This document shows, one piece after another, positions 12,571-25,623 of a stretch of DNA of 64,000 nt (its first letter is position 1; each line of letters starts with the position of its first letter). The stretch spans positions 144,088,001-144,152,000 of the forward strand of contig OZ024743.1 in assembly GCA_964016885.1 (NCBI GenBank). The letters are read 5' to 3'. Under the pieces are notes generated by a model. It was given only the letters and a program-made list of their open reading frames with translations, was not told the origin of the DNA and did no database searches. Position numbers and translations under genes: made by a program. This DNA comes from Eledone cirrhosa (taxonomy: Eukaryota).

Positions 12571-13584
12571 ATAATAATTGTTTCTACTTTTGGCACCAGG
12601 CCAGCAATTATCCCAGTGCATTACTTTTACTTTATTTTATCGACCCCGTAAGGATGAAAGGCAAAGTTAACCTCGGCGGGATTTGAACTCAGATCATAAA
12701 AGGAGGTAACTTTATGCTTCAAAGCATAGATTAATAATACACACTGATGAGTCCTATACCCACATTCTTTCTCTTTATGTTCACACTATCTATATTTATT
12801 TTAGGGTGTAAATCTTTGAACAATGTCATTATCTTTCTCATCTTTCTATCCAATTTTGCTATTTCTTCTTTAGTTCACCTGAGAATGGACGCATGCCATT
12901 AATTATTTTATTATTGTTTTACATCATGATTCCATGAGAGTGGTTTGTGAGGTTTTCCTTCCCACATATTGTTATTAAGATACCATCTCTATATAACCTG
13001 CCTTACCAGGTTAAAGAGTCTCTTAATAATAATAATTATTATTATTGTTCTTGTTTACATTTCCTGTGCTGTATATATGTTGTTGTTGTTTCTGTTGTTG
13101 TTGACTTTTGTTACTACTCTCATTGTCATAGATGTTATTACTACTTTTGTGGTCATTGATGTTTTTTGTTGTTAATGTTTTCTGTTGCTGTAGTAGTGGT
13201 GGTGGCTGTTGTGATGCTGTTACTTGATTAATCATCGCTATTGGTAGTAGTGGCAGTTTCTCTACATTCTTATCATCATCATCATCTCCATTATTATTAT
13301 TATTATTATTATTGTTGCTGTTATTAAGGTGGTGGCTTGGCTGTGGTCATTAGTGTATTGGATAAAATACTTTGCAGTATTAGTTCTGGCTCTTTATATT
13401 CTGAGATCAAATCCTGCTATGGTTTGCTTTGCCGTTCTTACAATCTGGGAAGATGATCATAATTGGACCTTGCTCCGCGCATGAACATGAATAAATAATA
13501 TACTATATCAGCTCTCATACCAATTTGAGCAGTTTTCTTTTTTCCTTTTTCACATCCACCAATATTTTACTTTACATATACATT

Positions 13585-13925
13585 GACCAAGAAACTCACT
13601 CTTGACGGTGGATGGGTGCTACACGAGAATGCTGAGGATGGCTCTGAACATTAATCAGTATACACTGAGGATGAAAAACTCAGAGCTGTATGGGAGCCTC
13701 CCAAAAGTCAGCTCAAAAGTGGCACAGAGGAGACTGAGGTTAGATGGACATGCTCACCGACATCCAGAGTTGACATTGCACTCAGTGCTCCTGTGGGAGC
13801 CCCTACATGGACACACTGGAAGAGGAAGACCAAGGTTAACGTATGTTGATGCCCTAAGGACAGACACTGGTCTGTTGGAGATGCAGGACATGGCAGCGAT
13901 AATGAGGGACAGAGACCGCCCTAGA
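13585..13925 (+). mobile_element. 3' fragment of a different RTE/RTE-X-like LINE
   Basis: DGCYTRMLRMALNI..ELYGSLPKVSSKVAQRRLRLDGH..RHPEL..LLWEP.HG..GRGRPRLTYVD..MRDRD. Confidence 0.8.
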
Positions 13926-14029
13926 CAGATGTATATACATACATATATACATTGTCTAACCCATGCTAGTGTGAAAGATAGATGCTAAATGATGATGATG
14001 ATATATATATATATATATCTTTGGCACCA

Positions 14030-14334
14030 TGCAATAATACAGAAGACCCATCTTCCCTATGTACAAAGTTAACCTACAGTCAATAGGCACCTCTTAATCA
14101 AATATACACCCCACTCCAAATATACTACCCCTACTCCATCCTCCCACTCCCACCAACACCACCCTTTCTCTGTAAAGTTATCTTGGTATCACAACATCCA
14201 GTCCAAACTAAAGAGGTTGTGTAGGTGTCACAACAAAAAAAAAACACCCACTCCACGCTGTAAAGTGGTCGTGTAGGAGACATGGTAAAAAGGCTCCCAG
14301 TCCACACTGTAAACGTGGTTGGTGTTAGGAAGGA
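14030..14334 (+). mobile_element. RTE 3'UTR fragment
   Basis: Similar to 2070-2365. Confidence 0.75.
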
Positions 14335-14468
14335 CAATACAGTTCAATACGAGTGAGATACTGTCACTGTTATGGTTCATTAATTTGTTGTGGAACTAAC
14401 TCCATACCGAACTCGTCCTTTGGACTGAGTACTTTACTTACTATGGATATAACTTGCTGTTTTTTTAG

Positions 14469-14509
<41 letters not shown>

Positions 14510-14907
14510 CACATACTTCTCTCCTGACTAAGTATTGCTTATTGAAGTATAAATATAAACACAGAAAAAACATTTTAAGAAATAAGATATGTCTATGCTT
14601 TGGCAACATCTAAGCAATATTCATGATTCTATATTCTCTCCATCTATTTATTCATTTATTGAAGAGTAGTATGTGCTGTTAGTATTAGGTGGTAGTTAAC
14701 ACTATTTCATGTTAATGCCTTGTTTCAAATGAGTTCAGATGCATTATGGAGAGTGGAACTGTCCAACCTGTGTCATCATAGTCAAACATCACTGCTAGGT
14801 TACCAACTGGATGTCAATCAACGATAATCCTTCAGTTGCTACTATCTTCAAAGAGTGTTAGAATTAATTTCAGGGAGTGCTATGAATGGTTTCAGAATTT
14901 CATATAC

Positions 14908-14938
<31 letters not shown>

Positions 14939-16734
14939 CATAATATACATACATGGAAAAAAGTGCAATGAAAGACTAAGAATGTTGCTGGGGGAGGGCG
15001 AGGGGGAGGCATGTCGTGGACACACACACACACTGCATGCTTTTTATTCTCTTCTCTACCTCTCCCTCTCTTTGTTAGTACGACACTACTTCCATCACAC
15101 CACCCTCTTTGTATTGGTATCTTCCTTAATCTACCCACAGTTCATACACATGTGGCCTGGTTATGTTGTGTCTACTCACTCATTTACCTGTCATATTTTC
15201 ATCACTACTTCTAACATATTCTCATCTATCAAATTTCATTCGCAAGATATTGTTCAACCTGGGATTTGAACTCAAAACTTAACTCTTTTCATATCAAATG
15301 GCCTGAAACCACACCTGGCTCTATGATACAATACTGTTTGATTTAAAATGTTAATATTTATCTAAAAACCTTCCATCATAATGTTATGTAAGAACCTTTA
15401 TTAAGTTATGTTCCAACCAACTTAATAATTGTTTCTACTTTTGGGACAAGACCAGCAATTATCTTAGTGCATTACTGGTACTTTATTTTATCGACCCCAT
15501 AAGGATGAAAGGCAAAGTTAACCTCGAATAATGAGAAAGTTAATTATATCACTAAATCCCATGAAATTCTTGATTATTTTCAAAACCATAGGCAGTATTT
15601 TTCAGTAGAAATATAGTAATGAAAAGGTTAAAGGAATGCAACTAAATATCACAAGGTATTTGGTCAAGTACTCTACCGGATCTGACAACTACCACATTTG
15701 CTCTAAATATATAAAATCAATAAATGTAAATGTTTTCCAAGCTCTAGAATCTTTAAGGTCCAATTCTTAAGTTTGGTTTCTCCACAAATTATTCCTTTCT
15801 TATCTCACTGCCCAGAGAAGATGCTGGTTTATCTGAATTAACCTTCACAGATGATATGATACCTATTCTGCCCACACCGTTAGCTGAACTGAGTACTACT
15901 CAAATACACAGTGAAATTCCTCCCCAGAATTTGATCTCAAAACTTTTCACTCTTTTGTTATATTTCTAACAAAAGATGTTTCTTACTTTTGAAAATAATC
16001 AAGAACTTTCTTATTATTAAGGTGGAGTTTGGAGCCGAAAATTGTGACAGACAGGTTTTAGATAAATATAATATATACACTAAAAAAATAAACATAAAAC
16101 CAGGGGGTATTTCAGGCTGAAGACCTTGCTCTTTTAGCCAGATATAGTAAACACATGGACAATATATCCTACAGTTTAGTTATTCAATGGATGAAGAAGA
16201 TAAGTAGAATATGGCATTAGGAAAGGCATTTGTTGGCACAAGGAAGGCTATTGAGCCATAGTGAAACTGCCTCAAAATGTGTTATTCAGCCCATATCATC
16301 TTGTAAAAAGTAAATGTAAAAATAATGATGACGATGGTGACATTTTTCATGTTCTCATGTCATGGTTGACTTGTTCAATATTAGTCAGTGAGTGAGTCAT
16401 TCGAAAAAAATCAATGGTCACCGTGTCTCACCTCTTATAACTTCATATAACATCTCTGTTCCTGAAATGAATGAATATTCATTAATAATGTTCTAAATTT
16501 CTAGCAACTTGTATAAACTTATCTACACCAATGATCATCTTCCTTTCTACTTCATTTTTAATAAAAAATATAGCAGAGATGACTATAATGATAATATATG
16601 TGTGTTGTTATCATTTTTAATCTGTTTTGTCTGAATACAATGGGTGTTTAGCCAGAGTAGTAAGTGATGGCACTGATTAACACTGGGAATCTATTGCTAA
16701 TTAGTTAGAGATTCAGTTCAATAAGCAATTTAAT

Positions 16735-17310
16735 AATAATAATAATTGTTTCTACGTTTGGCACAAGGCCAGCAATTACCCAGTGCATTACTGGTACTTT
16801 ATTTTATCGACCCTGTAAGGATGAAAGGCAAAGTTAACATCGGCGGGATTTGAACTCAGAATGGCAAGGACCATAACTCTATACATCAAAGCATGGCGTC
16901 CGGCCCTCTACCAATACTGCCAATCCACCACCCTATAATAATTGTTTCTACTTTAGGCACAAGGCCAGCAATTACCCAGTTTATTACTGGTACTTTATTT
17001 TATCGACCCCGTAAGGATGAAAGGCAAAGTCAACCTCGGCGGGATTTGAACCTAGATCGTAAAGGGACGTAACTATGCTGGAAAGCATGGCGTCCGACCC
17101 TCTATCGATACTGCCAATCCACCTATTATTAATAATAATGATTTCTGATTTAGGCACAAGGCCAATATTTTTTGGGGGGACGAGCAAATCGATTAAGTTG
17201 ATCCCAGTGCATTACTAGTGCTTTATTTTATTGACCCCGTTAATTGACTTTCCCCTCCCCTAAAAGTGTTGGCCTTGTGCCTAAATCAGAAACCATTACT
17301 ATTATTATTA
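16735..17310 (-). mobile_element. Tandem SINE family 1 copies plus related tails
   Basis: Two near-complete copies at about 16742-16932 and 16936-17122. Confidence 0.88.
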
Positions 17311-17736
17311 TTTTTACTATTATTAATACCTTCAGTATTTTTATGTTTAATCATGTTACTATTATTAACAACATTTTCCATATATGATAGCTAGAAATTA
17401 TTCAGTTATTCTAAAAAGAATATTAGTCTCCTGATTTTTTCATAGTAAGATTATGACTTTTTCATAGCAAGAATATGTTTTTCCAAGCAAGAATTTGTTC
17501 TTCTCATTCCACATAATTCTCCTTGTACACATTTTACTTGTCTCAAGAGAACATCCTCATGCATTACCGTTATGTCTTCCTGTTTTCTAAAGGCAATAGT
17601 TGGTGATAATTGTTTTTGAAATATTTATTTCTGTGTCTACAGATTGATGTTTCTCAGTTTCAGATGATCCTGCTTAGGGTGAAAGCAGAAATTCATTGCT
17701 TAAACTTTTAATGTGTACTAATAATTATTGTCATTA

Positions 17737-17921
17737 GATTGGCAGTATCGGTAGAGGGTCGGACGCCATGCTTTGCAGCAGAGTTACATCCCTTTACGGA
17801 CTGAGTTCAAATCCCGCTGAGGTTAACTTTGCCTTTCATCCTTATGGGGTCGATAAAATAAAGTGCCAGTAATACACTGGGATAATTGCTGGCCTTGTGT
17901 CAAAAGTAGAAACAATTATTA
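17737..17921 (+). mobile_element. SINE family 1 copy
   Basis: gattggcagtatcggtagagggtcggacgcc...gtagaaacaattatt. Confidence 0.88.
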
Positions 17922-18596
17922 TAATATATGTAATTTAACTTAGGTGAAAAAGCAAAGATAACTGTTCAAATCATTTTATTAATTTCTACGTTTGTTCCAA
18001 TTTTAATGAAATACAATTACAAAAATATAAAAACAATGCTTTGCAGATTAATGAAATAATCTATCAAATAAATAAAACAGTTGCAATCACATACATAACA
18101 TCTCATCAGGAAGTCAATAGGGTGGATAAGGTGCTTTTTGTTGTCACAAACCTGATCACTTTGCAGAGTGGTCCGGGGGCTTATTTGTTATGTCACCAGA
18201 ACAACCACATTACAGTGTGGAGTAACTGCTCTTTGTCATGACACCAGTATGAGCACCTTACATGGTGGTTTTTATTGGGTAACCAGCACGACCACCTCAC
18301 AGGGTGGATTGAAAGCTTTTAGTCATTTCAGCAGCATTGTGAGAGGGTGTGTCCAACTTTCCCACCTTGGAGGATGTTGAGGAGCTGGCAGGGGACCGCC
18401 AACGATAGAGGGCGCTGGCGGGTGGACGTGGTCGGCTCTACATATGATGATGCTTTGTGATTGTTGACTTAGGCTGACTCCAACCTCGTTGAGCAAGAGC
18501 AAGAAGAAGAAGAATATATATATACACATATAATATTAGTATTAATACTATTTACAGGTTGATAGCTTGATGCCGTAGGGTTCATGCAGAACTGTT

Positions 18597-19141
18597 ATAC
18601 ATTGAAATTTAATTGACACCAAAGATTTAAAGCATTTTTAACCCTTTAGTATTTACATTACTCTCTATGTCTACTATTATATTTCCATGGTAAAAGTCTT
18701 TACCTCATATAATTATCTCACATAATATGGAACCAATGAGATTTTGATGTTATATATTTTGAGAACAATACCTTAACATCAGTATAAGTGGCTAGTTACT
18801 GCCAATTTGAACAGAAAGAGGTGAGAGAATTCTGGCTAGATACGGCCGGTTTAAGTGCTAAAGGGTTAAACTGACAGCCGTTTCTGCCTGTGTATTAATT
18901 ACAGGTTTCTTCAGAGTTTATTAAAATGCTTATTATTAGTTCACAGAGAAAAACAATAGGAACATCCAATACGTTATATTGTACTTTGTAGGATGATTTT
19001 ATCTATTGGATGTTCCTATTGTTTTTCTCTGTGAACTAATAATAAGCATTTTAATAAACTCCGAAGAAACCTGTAATTAATACATGGGCTGTCAGTTTAA
19101 AAATGCTTTATATTTTTGGTATCATTTAAATCTTAATGTAT
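18597..19141. repeat. Hairpin inverted repeat whose left arm is interrupted by a MITE
   Basis: 18597-18641 plus 18870-18971 is the reverse complement of 19004-19141, with a 32 bp loop. Confidence 0.85.
18642..18865 (-). mobile_element. piggyBac-like MITE (TTAA TSD, CCCTTTAG termini)
   Basis: ttaa|ccctttagt...gctaaaggg|ttaa. The opposite hairpin arm shows the empty site with a single TTAA. Confidence 0.85.
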
Positions 19142-19457
19142 ATGTATACATATATATAACCCATGCTAGCATAGAAAAACGGACATTAAACAATGATGAT
19201 GATGATATATACATATGTATATATAACCCATGCTAGCGTGGAAAAATGGATGTTAAAAGATGATGATGATGATATATACATAGGTATATATACATATATA
19301 TATGGTCGTGGAGGTGCCACAGCAAAAAAAGCACCCAGCCCACACTGTAAATAAGGTTGGCATTAGGAAGGGCATCCAGCTGTAGAAATCAAGCCAGAGT
19401 CAGATCCCATCCCACCCTTGCAAGCAGGGAAAAGCGGACGTAAAATGATGATGATAG

Positions 19458-19655
19458 TAGAAATAGAAGCTTTTGCCATATTTTTGACTAAAGAAATTTG
19501 AGCCTGATAGTGGTGTTTAGAACCCTCTAAGAAATGGAAAAAGATGAGTAATGTATGTCAATTCTCATCTTTTTTTCATTTCTTAGAAGGATTTAAACTC
19601 CACTATCAAGCTAAAATTTCTTTAGTCAAAAATACAGCGAAAGCTTCTATTTCTA
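19458..19655. repeat. Imperfect hairpin, ~90 bp arms, 15 bp loop
   Basis: 19458-19548 pairs with 19564-19655 (tagaaatagaagcttt / aagcttctatttcta; tatttttgactaaagaaattt / aaatttctttagtcaaaaata). Confidence 0.88.
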
Positions 19656-19712
19656 TTTTCAAACTTGCTCACTGTTTCAAAACATACTTATATATATTTA
19701 TGTATATATATA

Positions 19713-19784
<72 letters not shown>

Positions 19785-19785
19785 T

Positions 19786-20137
19786 GGAGGCACATGGCTT
19801 AGTGGTTGTGAGTTCAATTCTCAGACTGGGTGGTGTGTTGTTTCCTTGAGCAAGACACTTTATTTCACATTGCTCCAGTTTACTCAGCTGTAGAAATGAG
19901 ATGATAGGACTGGGATCCCTATCATTCCACTGCAAAGTGGTCGTGGAGGTGCCACGGCAAAAATGCACCCAGCCCACACTGTAAAGTGGACGTGTAGGCG
20001 TAACGGAAAAAAAGCACCCAGCACTCTCTGTAAATGGGGTTGGTGTTAGGAAGGGCATCCAGCTGTAGAAATCAAGCCAGAATCAGTTCCCATCCCACCC
20101 TTGCAAGCAGGGAAAAGCAGACGTAAAATGATGATGA
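19786..20137 (+). mobile_element. SINE family 2 copy with a deletion in the tRNA head
   Basis: ggaggcacatggcttagtggtt joins gtgagttcaattctc directly. RTE-type tail. Confidence 0.85.
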
Positions 20138-20197
20138 TATATATATATATATAGTAAAATAAAACAAGGACGACTGGTTACTCCTTCATTTATTGGT

Positions 20198-20287
20198 TGG
20201 TGGCGCGCGTTTCACCACTGATCAGCTCAAGGTTCGAATTGTATCGATCTAGCCCGACTCTGTAATCCATGGCTCGTCAGGCTCTTT
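20198..20287 (-). ncRNA. Degenerate hammerhead ribozyme motif in a PLE-like terminal fragment (about 20153-20410)
   Basis: Minus strand reads CTGACGA-gcca...tggt-GAAAC-gcgc-GCC followed by aataaa. The cleavage triplet is GCC rather than GTC and stem I pairs poorly. Confidence 0.5.
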
Positions 20288-20424
20288 ACAATGGTAATGA
20301 AAAATACACTCTGTCTAGCTCTACACCTTGACACCTTGACACAGAAGTGAACCTAAACATCAAGTGCTCGCCCGGGTGAACCTACAGTTACTCCAAGTTA
20401 CACTCCCTGGATATATATATATAT

Positions 20425-20766
20425 ATCATCATCATCATTTCATTTTACGTCCACTTTTCCCTGCTTGCAAGGGTGGGACGGGAACTGATTCTGGCTTGAT
20501 TTCTACAGCTGGATGCCCTTCCTAACACCAACCTCATTTACAGTGAGTGCAGGGTGCTTTTTTGCCGTGGCACCTCCACGACCACTTTGCAGTGGAATGA
20601 TAGGGACCCCAGTCCTTGTCATCTCATTTCTACAGCTGAGTAAACTGGAGCAATGTGAAATAAAGTGTCTTGCTCAAGGAAACAACACATCACCCGGTCT
20701 GAGAATTGAACTCACAACCTTTCGATTGCAAGGCGAATGCTCTAACCACTAAGCCATGTGCCTCCA
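20425..20766 (-). mobile_element. Full-length SINE family 2 copy
   Basis: Homologous to 7583-7972, with complete tRNA head and (GAT)n tail. Confidence 0.88.
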
Positions 20767-20784
20767 TTATATATATATATATAT

Positions 20785-20930
20785 ATCATCATCATCATCA
20801 TCGTTTAACGTCCATGTTCCACGCTTGCATGGGTTTGGACGGGAGTTTTCCCACTTGAGGCAAGAGTGGTTGTCTTGCTCACATAGGACTGTCTGGCGGG
20901 TTTTCTACAGCTGGATGCCCTTCCTAACAC
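20785..20930 (-). mobile_element. RTE 3' terminal fragment abutting the 30-bp array
   Basis: Reverse complement of 4733-4884. Confidence 0.85.
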
Positions 20931-23471
20931 CTCACCACCCTCTCTCAGATGGCTAGAGACCTCACCACCCTCTCTCGGATGACTAGAGACCTCACCACCC
21001 TCTCTCGGATGGCTAGAGACCTCACCATCCTCTCTCAGATGACTAGAGACCTCACCACCCTCTCTCAGATGGCTAGAGACCTCACCACCCTCTCTCGGAT
21101 GACTAGAGACCTCACCACCCTCTCTCAGATGGCTAGAGACCTCACCATCCTCTCTCAGATGACTAGAGACCTCACCACCCTCTCTCAGATGGCTAGAGAC
21201 CTCACCATCCTCTCTCAGATGGCTAGAGACCTCACCACCCTCTCTCAGATGACTAGAGACCTCACCACCCTCTCTCAGATGACTAGAGACCTCACCACCC
21301 TCTCTCAGATGACTAGAGACCTCACCACCCTCTCTCAGATGACTAGAGACCTCACCACCCTCTCTCAGATGACTAGAGACCTCACCACCCTCTCTCAGAT
21401 GACTAGAGACCTCACCACCCTCTCTCAGATGACTAGAGACCTCACCACCCTCTCTCAGATGACTAGAGACCTCACCACCCTCTCTCAGATGACTAGAGAC
21501 CTCACCACCCTCTCTCAGATGACTAGAGACCTCACCACCCTCTCTCAGATGACTAGAGACCTCACCACCCTCTCTCAGATGACTAGAGACCTCACCACCC
21601 TCTCTCAGATGACTAGAGACCTCACCACCCTCTCTCAGATGGCTAGAGACCTCACCACCCTCTCTCAGATGGCTAGAGACCTCACCACCCTCTCTCAGAT
21701 GGTTAGAGACCTCACCACCCTCTCTCAGATGGCTAGAGACCTCACCATCCTCTCTCAGATGGCTAAAGACCTCACCACCCTCTCTCAGATGGTTAGAGAC
21801 CTCACCACCCTCTCTCAGATGACTAGAGACCGCACCATCCTCTCTCAGATGACTAGAGACCTCACCACCCTCTCTCAGATGACTAGAGACCTCACCACCC
21901 TCTCTCGGATGGCTAGAGACCTCACCACCCTCTCTCAGATGACTAGAGACTTCACCACCCTCTCTCAGATGGCTAGAGACCTCACCACCCTCTCTCAGAT
22001 GGCTAGAGACCTCACCACCCTCTCTCAGATGGCTAGAGACCTCACCACCCTCTCTCGGATGACTAGAGACCTCACCACCCTCTCTCGGATGACTAGAGAC
22101 CTCACCACCCTCTCTCAGATGGCTAGAGACCTCACCACCCTCTCTCAGATGACTAGAGACCTCACCACCCTCTCTCAGACGGCTAGAGACCTCACCACCC
22201 TCTCTCAGATGACTAGAGACCTCACCACCCTCTCTCAGATGGCTAGAGACCTCACCACCCTCTCTCGGATGACTAGAGACCTCACCACCCTCTCTCAGAT
22301 GACTAGAGACCTCACCACCCTCTCTCAGATGACTAGAGACCTCACCACCCTCTCTCGGATGACTAGAGACCTCACCACCCTCTCTCAGATGACTAGAGAC
22401 CTCACCACCCTCTCTCGGATGACTAGAGACCTCACCACCCTCTCTCAGATGACTAGAGACCTCACCACCCTCTCTCAGATGACTAGAGACCTCACCACCC
22501 TCTCTCGGATGACTAGAGACCTCACCACCCTCTCTCAGATGACTAGAGACCTCACCACCCTCTCTCAGATGACTAGAGACCTCACCACTCTCTCTCGGAT
22601 GGTTAGAGACCTCACCACCCTCTCTCAGATGGTTAGAGACCTCACCACCCTCTCTCAGATGGCTAGAGACCTCACCACCCTCTCTCAGATGGCTAGAGAC
22701 CTCACCATCCTCTCTCAGATGACTAGAGACCTCACCACCCTCTCTCAGATGACTAGAGACCTCACCACCCTCTCTCAGATGACTAGAGACCTCACCATCC
22801 TCTCTCGGATGGCTAGAGACCTCACCACCCTCTCTCAGATGACTAGAGACCTCACCACCCTCTCTCAGATGGCTAGAGACCTCACCATCCTCTCTCAGAT
22901 GACTAGAGACCTCACCACCCTCTCTCAGATGACTAGAGACCTCACCACCCTCTCTCAGATGACTAGAGACCTCACCACCCTCTCTCGGATGGCTAGAGAC
23001 CTCACCACCCTCTCTCAGATGACTAGAGACCTCACCACCCTCTCTCAGATGGCTAGAGACCTCACCATCCTCTCTCAGATGACTAGAGACCTCACCACCC
23101 TCTCTCAGATGACTAGAGACCTCACCACCCTCTCTCAGATGACTAGAGACCTCACCACCCTCTCTCGGATGGCTAGAGACCTCACCACCCTCTCTCAGAT
23201 GACTAGAGACCTCACCACCCTCTCTCGGATGGCTAGAGACCTCACCACCCTCTCTCAGATGACTAGAGACCTCACCACCCTCTCTCAGATGACTAGAGAC
23301 CTCACCACCCTCTCTCAGATGGCTAGAGACCTCACCAACCTCTCTCAGATGGCTAGAGACCTCACCAACCTCTCTCAGATGGCTAGAGACCTCACCATCC
23401 TCTCTCAGATGACTAGAGACCTCACCACTCTCTCGGATGGCTAAAGACCTCACCACCCTCTCTCAGATGGT
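20931..23471. repeat. 30-bp minisatellite, about 85 units
   Basis: Unit ctcaccaccctctctcagatg(a/g)ctagagac with a few recurring variants. Confidence 0.98.
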
Positions 23472-24758
23472 TCCAGGAAACTTACTACAGCTGACAATAC
23501 TCAGAATAGATGTCCCAGTCACTCAGTTAGCAATCAATCTCTATTGTGACTTGAGTGACACTTCATCTCCGCATTTTCTTCTTCTTGGAATTCTCCTTCA
23601 ATCTCTCTCTCTCTCTCCTGATTGCCATCCCTTCATTCTTTCACTCACTCTTTCACCCTCACTTCTCCTCTCCCTCTGTTCCTCAGATTCACCCCTCACT
23701 CTCTCTCATACTCTCACCCTTCTATCCTATGTTTTCTTTCAATTTCCTCCTGATATTTATCCAAACAACAGATCTCTTCACTGATAATATTTTGCTGTTT
23801 AGATAAATAATATTATTCTTCAGCTGTGTGTATGTGTATATATAACTCTTTCTTTCTGTCTATGTCTGTATGTGTGCCTGTTATGTGTCTGTGTATATGC
23901 ATGTAATTGTCTCTCTCTCTCTCTTATATATATATATATTTTTTTTTTTACTTTATCTAAGAAGTGTTTAGATGATTTGAAAATTGAAAACATTGAAAAT
24001 GTGTTTGTTTGAAAGTACGTGTGTATAGGAATGCATCCCCTGCCTTCCCCTGTTCTTCTTTAAGTGATTTTGGGGGAAAAGGGAGGTCGGGATTATATTA
24101 TGTGTTATGTCTCCCCCCCCCCCCCCCTCCGCGTTTACAAAAACAAATCAAATTTAATATGTGTATGGCATACCTTACGCATAATAAACCTTGTTACTTT
24201 CTAGAAATTACCTTTATGATTGGATATCTAGTAGTAGTAGTAATAATATGTTGGTGGTGGGGAAAAAGAAATACCCCCCCCCCCCCAAAAAAAAATACCC
24301 CCCATATGTAGACTTACCACTACCACCACCAACAATACTATATCACTACCATCACATCACTAACACCACAGCCACACCACTAACATTACATAAATGTAGT
24401 ATACAACAATATTAGAGACCACCAGAAACACTGAAAAAAGGAAAGAAGCCAATAGTCAGATCAAATCAAGGAAACAATGTTTCCATTGATCTTGCCATTG
24501 CTGATATTATCTGCCAGTCAGAATTCCTGACAGAAAGAGCAACAAGAAATAAAGTATTTTGCTGAAGAACATAGTGCTGGTGCCACAATATAATGAACCC
24601 AGCATACACTGTAAAGTGGTAGTGTTGTGTCATGATAAAATGCACCTAGTCTACCTTGTTAGATGGCACCATGATAAAACACATCCAGTGTATGCCACAA
24701 AGTGGTTGGAATTAGAAAGGGCATCCAGCCAAAGAAGCCATACCAGAATGAAATGTAA

Positions 24759-24969
24759 CCCTTTAGCAGCATTTAAACCTGCTGTATCCAGCCACCATTC
24801 TCTCACTTCTTTCTGTTCAAACTGGCTGTAACTGGCCACTCATACTGATGTTAAGGTATTGTTCTCAAAATAAATAATATCAAAATCTCAAAGATTCCAT
24901 ATTATGTGAGGTAAAGCCTTTACCACGAAAATACAATAATACATATAGAGTAATGTAAATGCTAAAGGG
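24759..24969 (+). mobile_element. piggyBac-like MITE, same family as 18642 and 62468
   Basis: ccctttagc...gctaaaggg|ttaa with shared interior (ctcaaaataaataatatcaaaatctc). Confidence 0.8.
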
Positions 24970-25350
24970 TTAATGTAAGAGACATGATCACATGACCTGT
25001 CTAGTCATAGAACGTGACAACCCATTTAACCCATGCAAGCACAGAAAATAAACATTAACATGCTACCTGCTCCAGGAATCAAACCCAAGACCTTCTAATC
25101 ATGACTGAAGCACTCTTACCTCTAGGGCACACCATTAACTCTAGCTAACCTGTTACAGGACAAAGCAGTCAGAAGATTAGATACTTTTTTTCTCCCTTAA
25201 GGAAACCAGTTGGATTAGAAAGTTTGAGGAGGGTGAAGGTTAGCATTCACCTCCTCCCTCTCCCATACAATAGATTTCTTTTCCCTCACTAAACTAAAGA
25301 AAATATAAAGAAACAGTCCTTTTTTATTTTAAGGGTCAAATATTTAGCAA

Positions 25351-25623
25351 AGGGTAAAGTACAGCTGTTCTGAAGAGAGAGGCCTTATAATGTAAATATT
25401 TGGTTGGTTGGGATTTAAGGTGACTTTGTATGTTCCTGAAGAGGGTAAAGTACAGCTGTTCTGAAGAGAGAGGCCTTACAATGTAAATATTTGGTTGGTT
25501 GGGATTTAAGGTGACTTTGTATGTTCCTGAAGAGGGGAAAGTACAGCTGTTCTGAAGAGAGAGGCCTTACAATGTAAATATTTGGTTGGTTGGGATTTAA
25601 GGTGACTTTGTATGTTCCTGAAG
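25351..25623. repeat. 91-bp tandem repeat, 3 copies
   Basis: aggg(t/g)aaagtacagctgttctgaagagagaggcc starts at 25351, 25442 and 25533. Confidence 0.93.

Noticed and set aside
12743-12895. Hammerhead at ctgatgagtcc
   Set aside because: No downstream GAAA or stem III found.
20690-20766. tRNA gene
   Set aside because: A and B boxes are present but run directly into a SINE body and tail, so this is a SINE head.
20935-20960. CAGATGA in each 30-bp unit as a hammerhead core
   Set aside because: It deviates from CUGANGA and the unit has no GAAA partner.
20931-23471. CRISPR-like periodicity in the 30-bp and 35-bp arrays
   Set aside because: Contiguous tandem units with no unique spacers, no cas genes, and a eukaryotic context.
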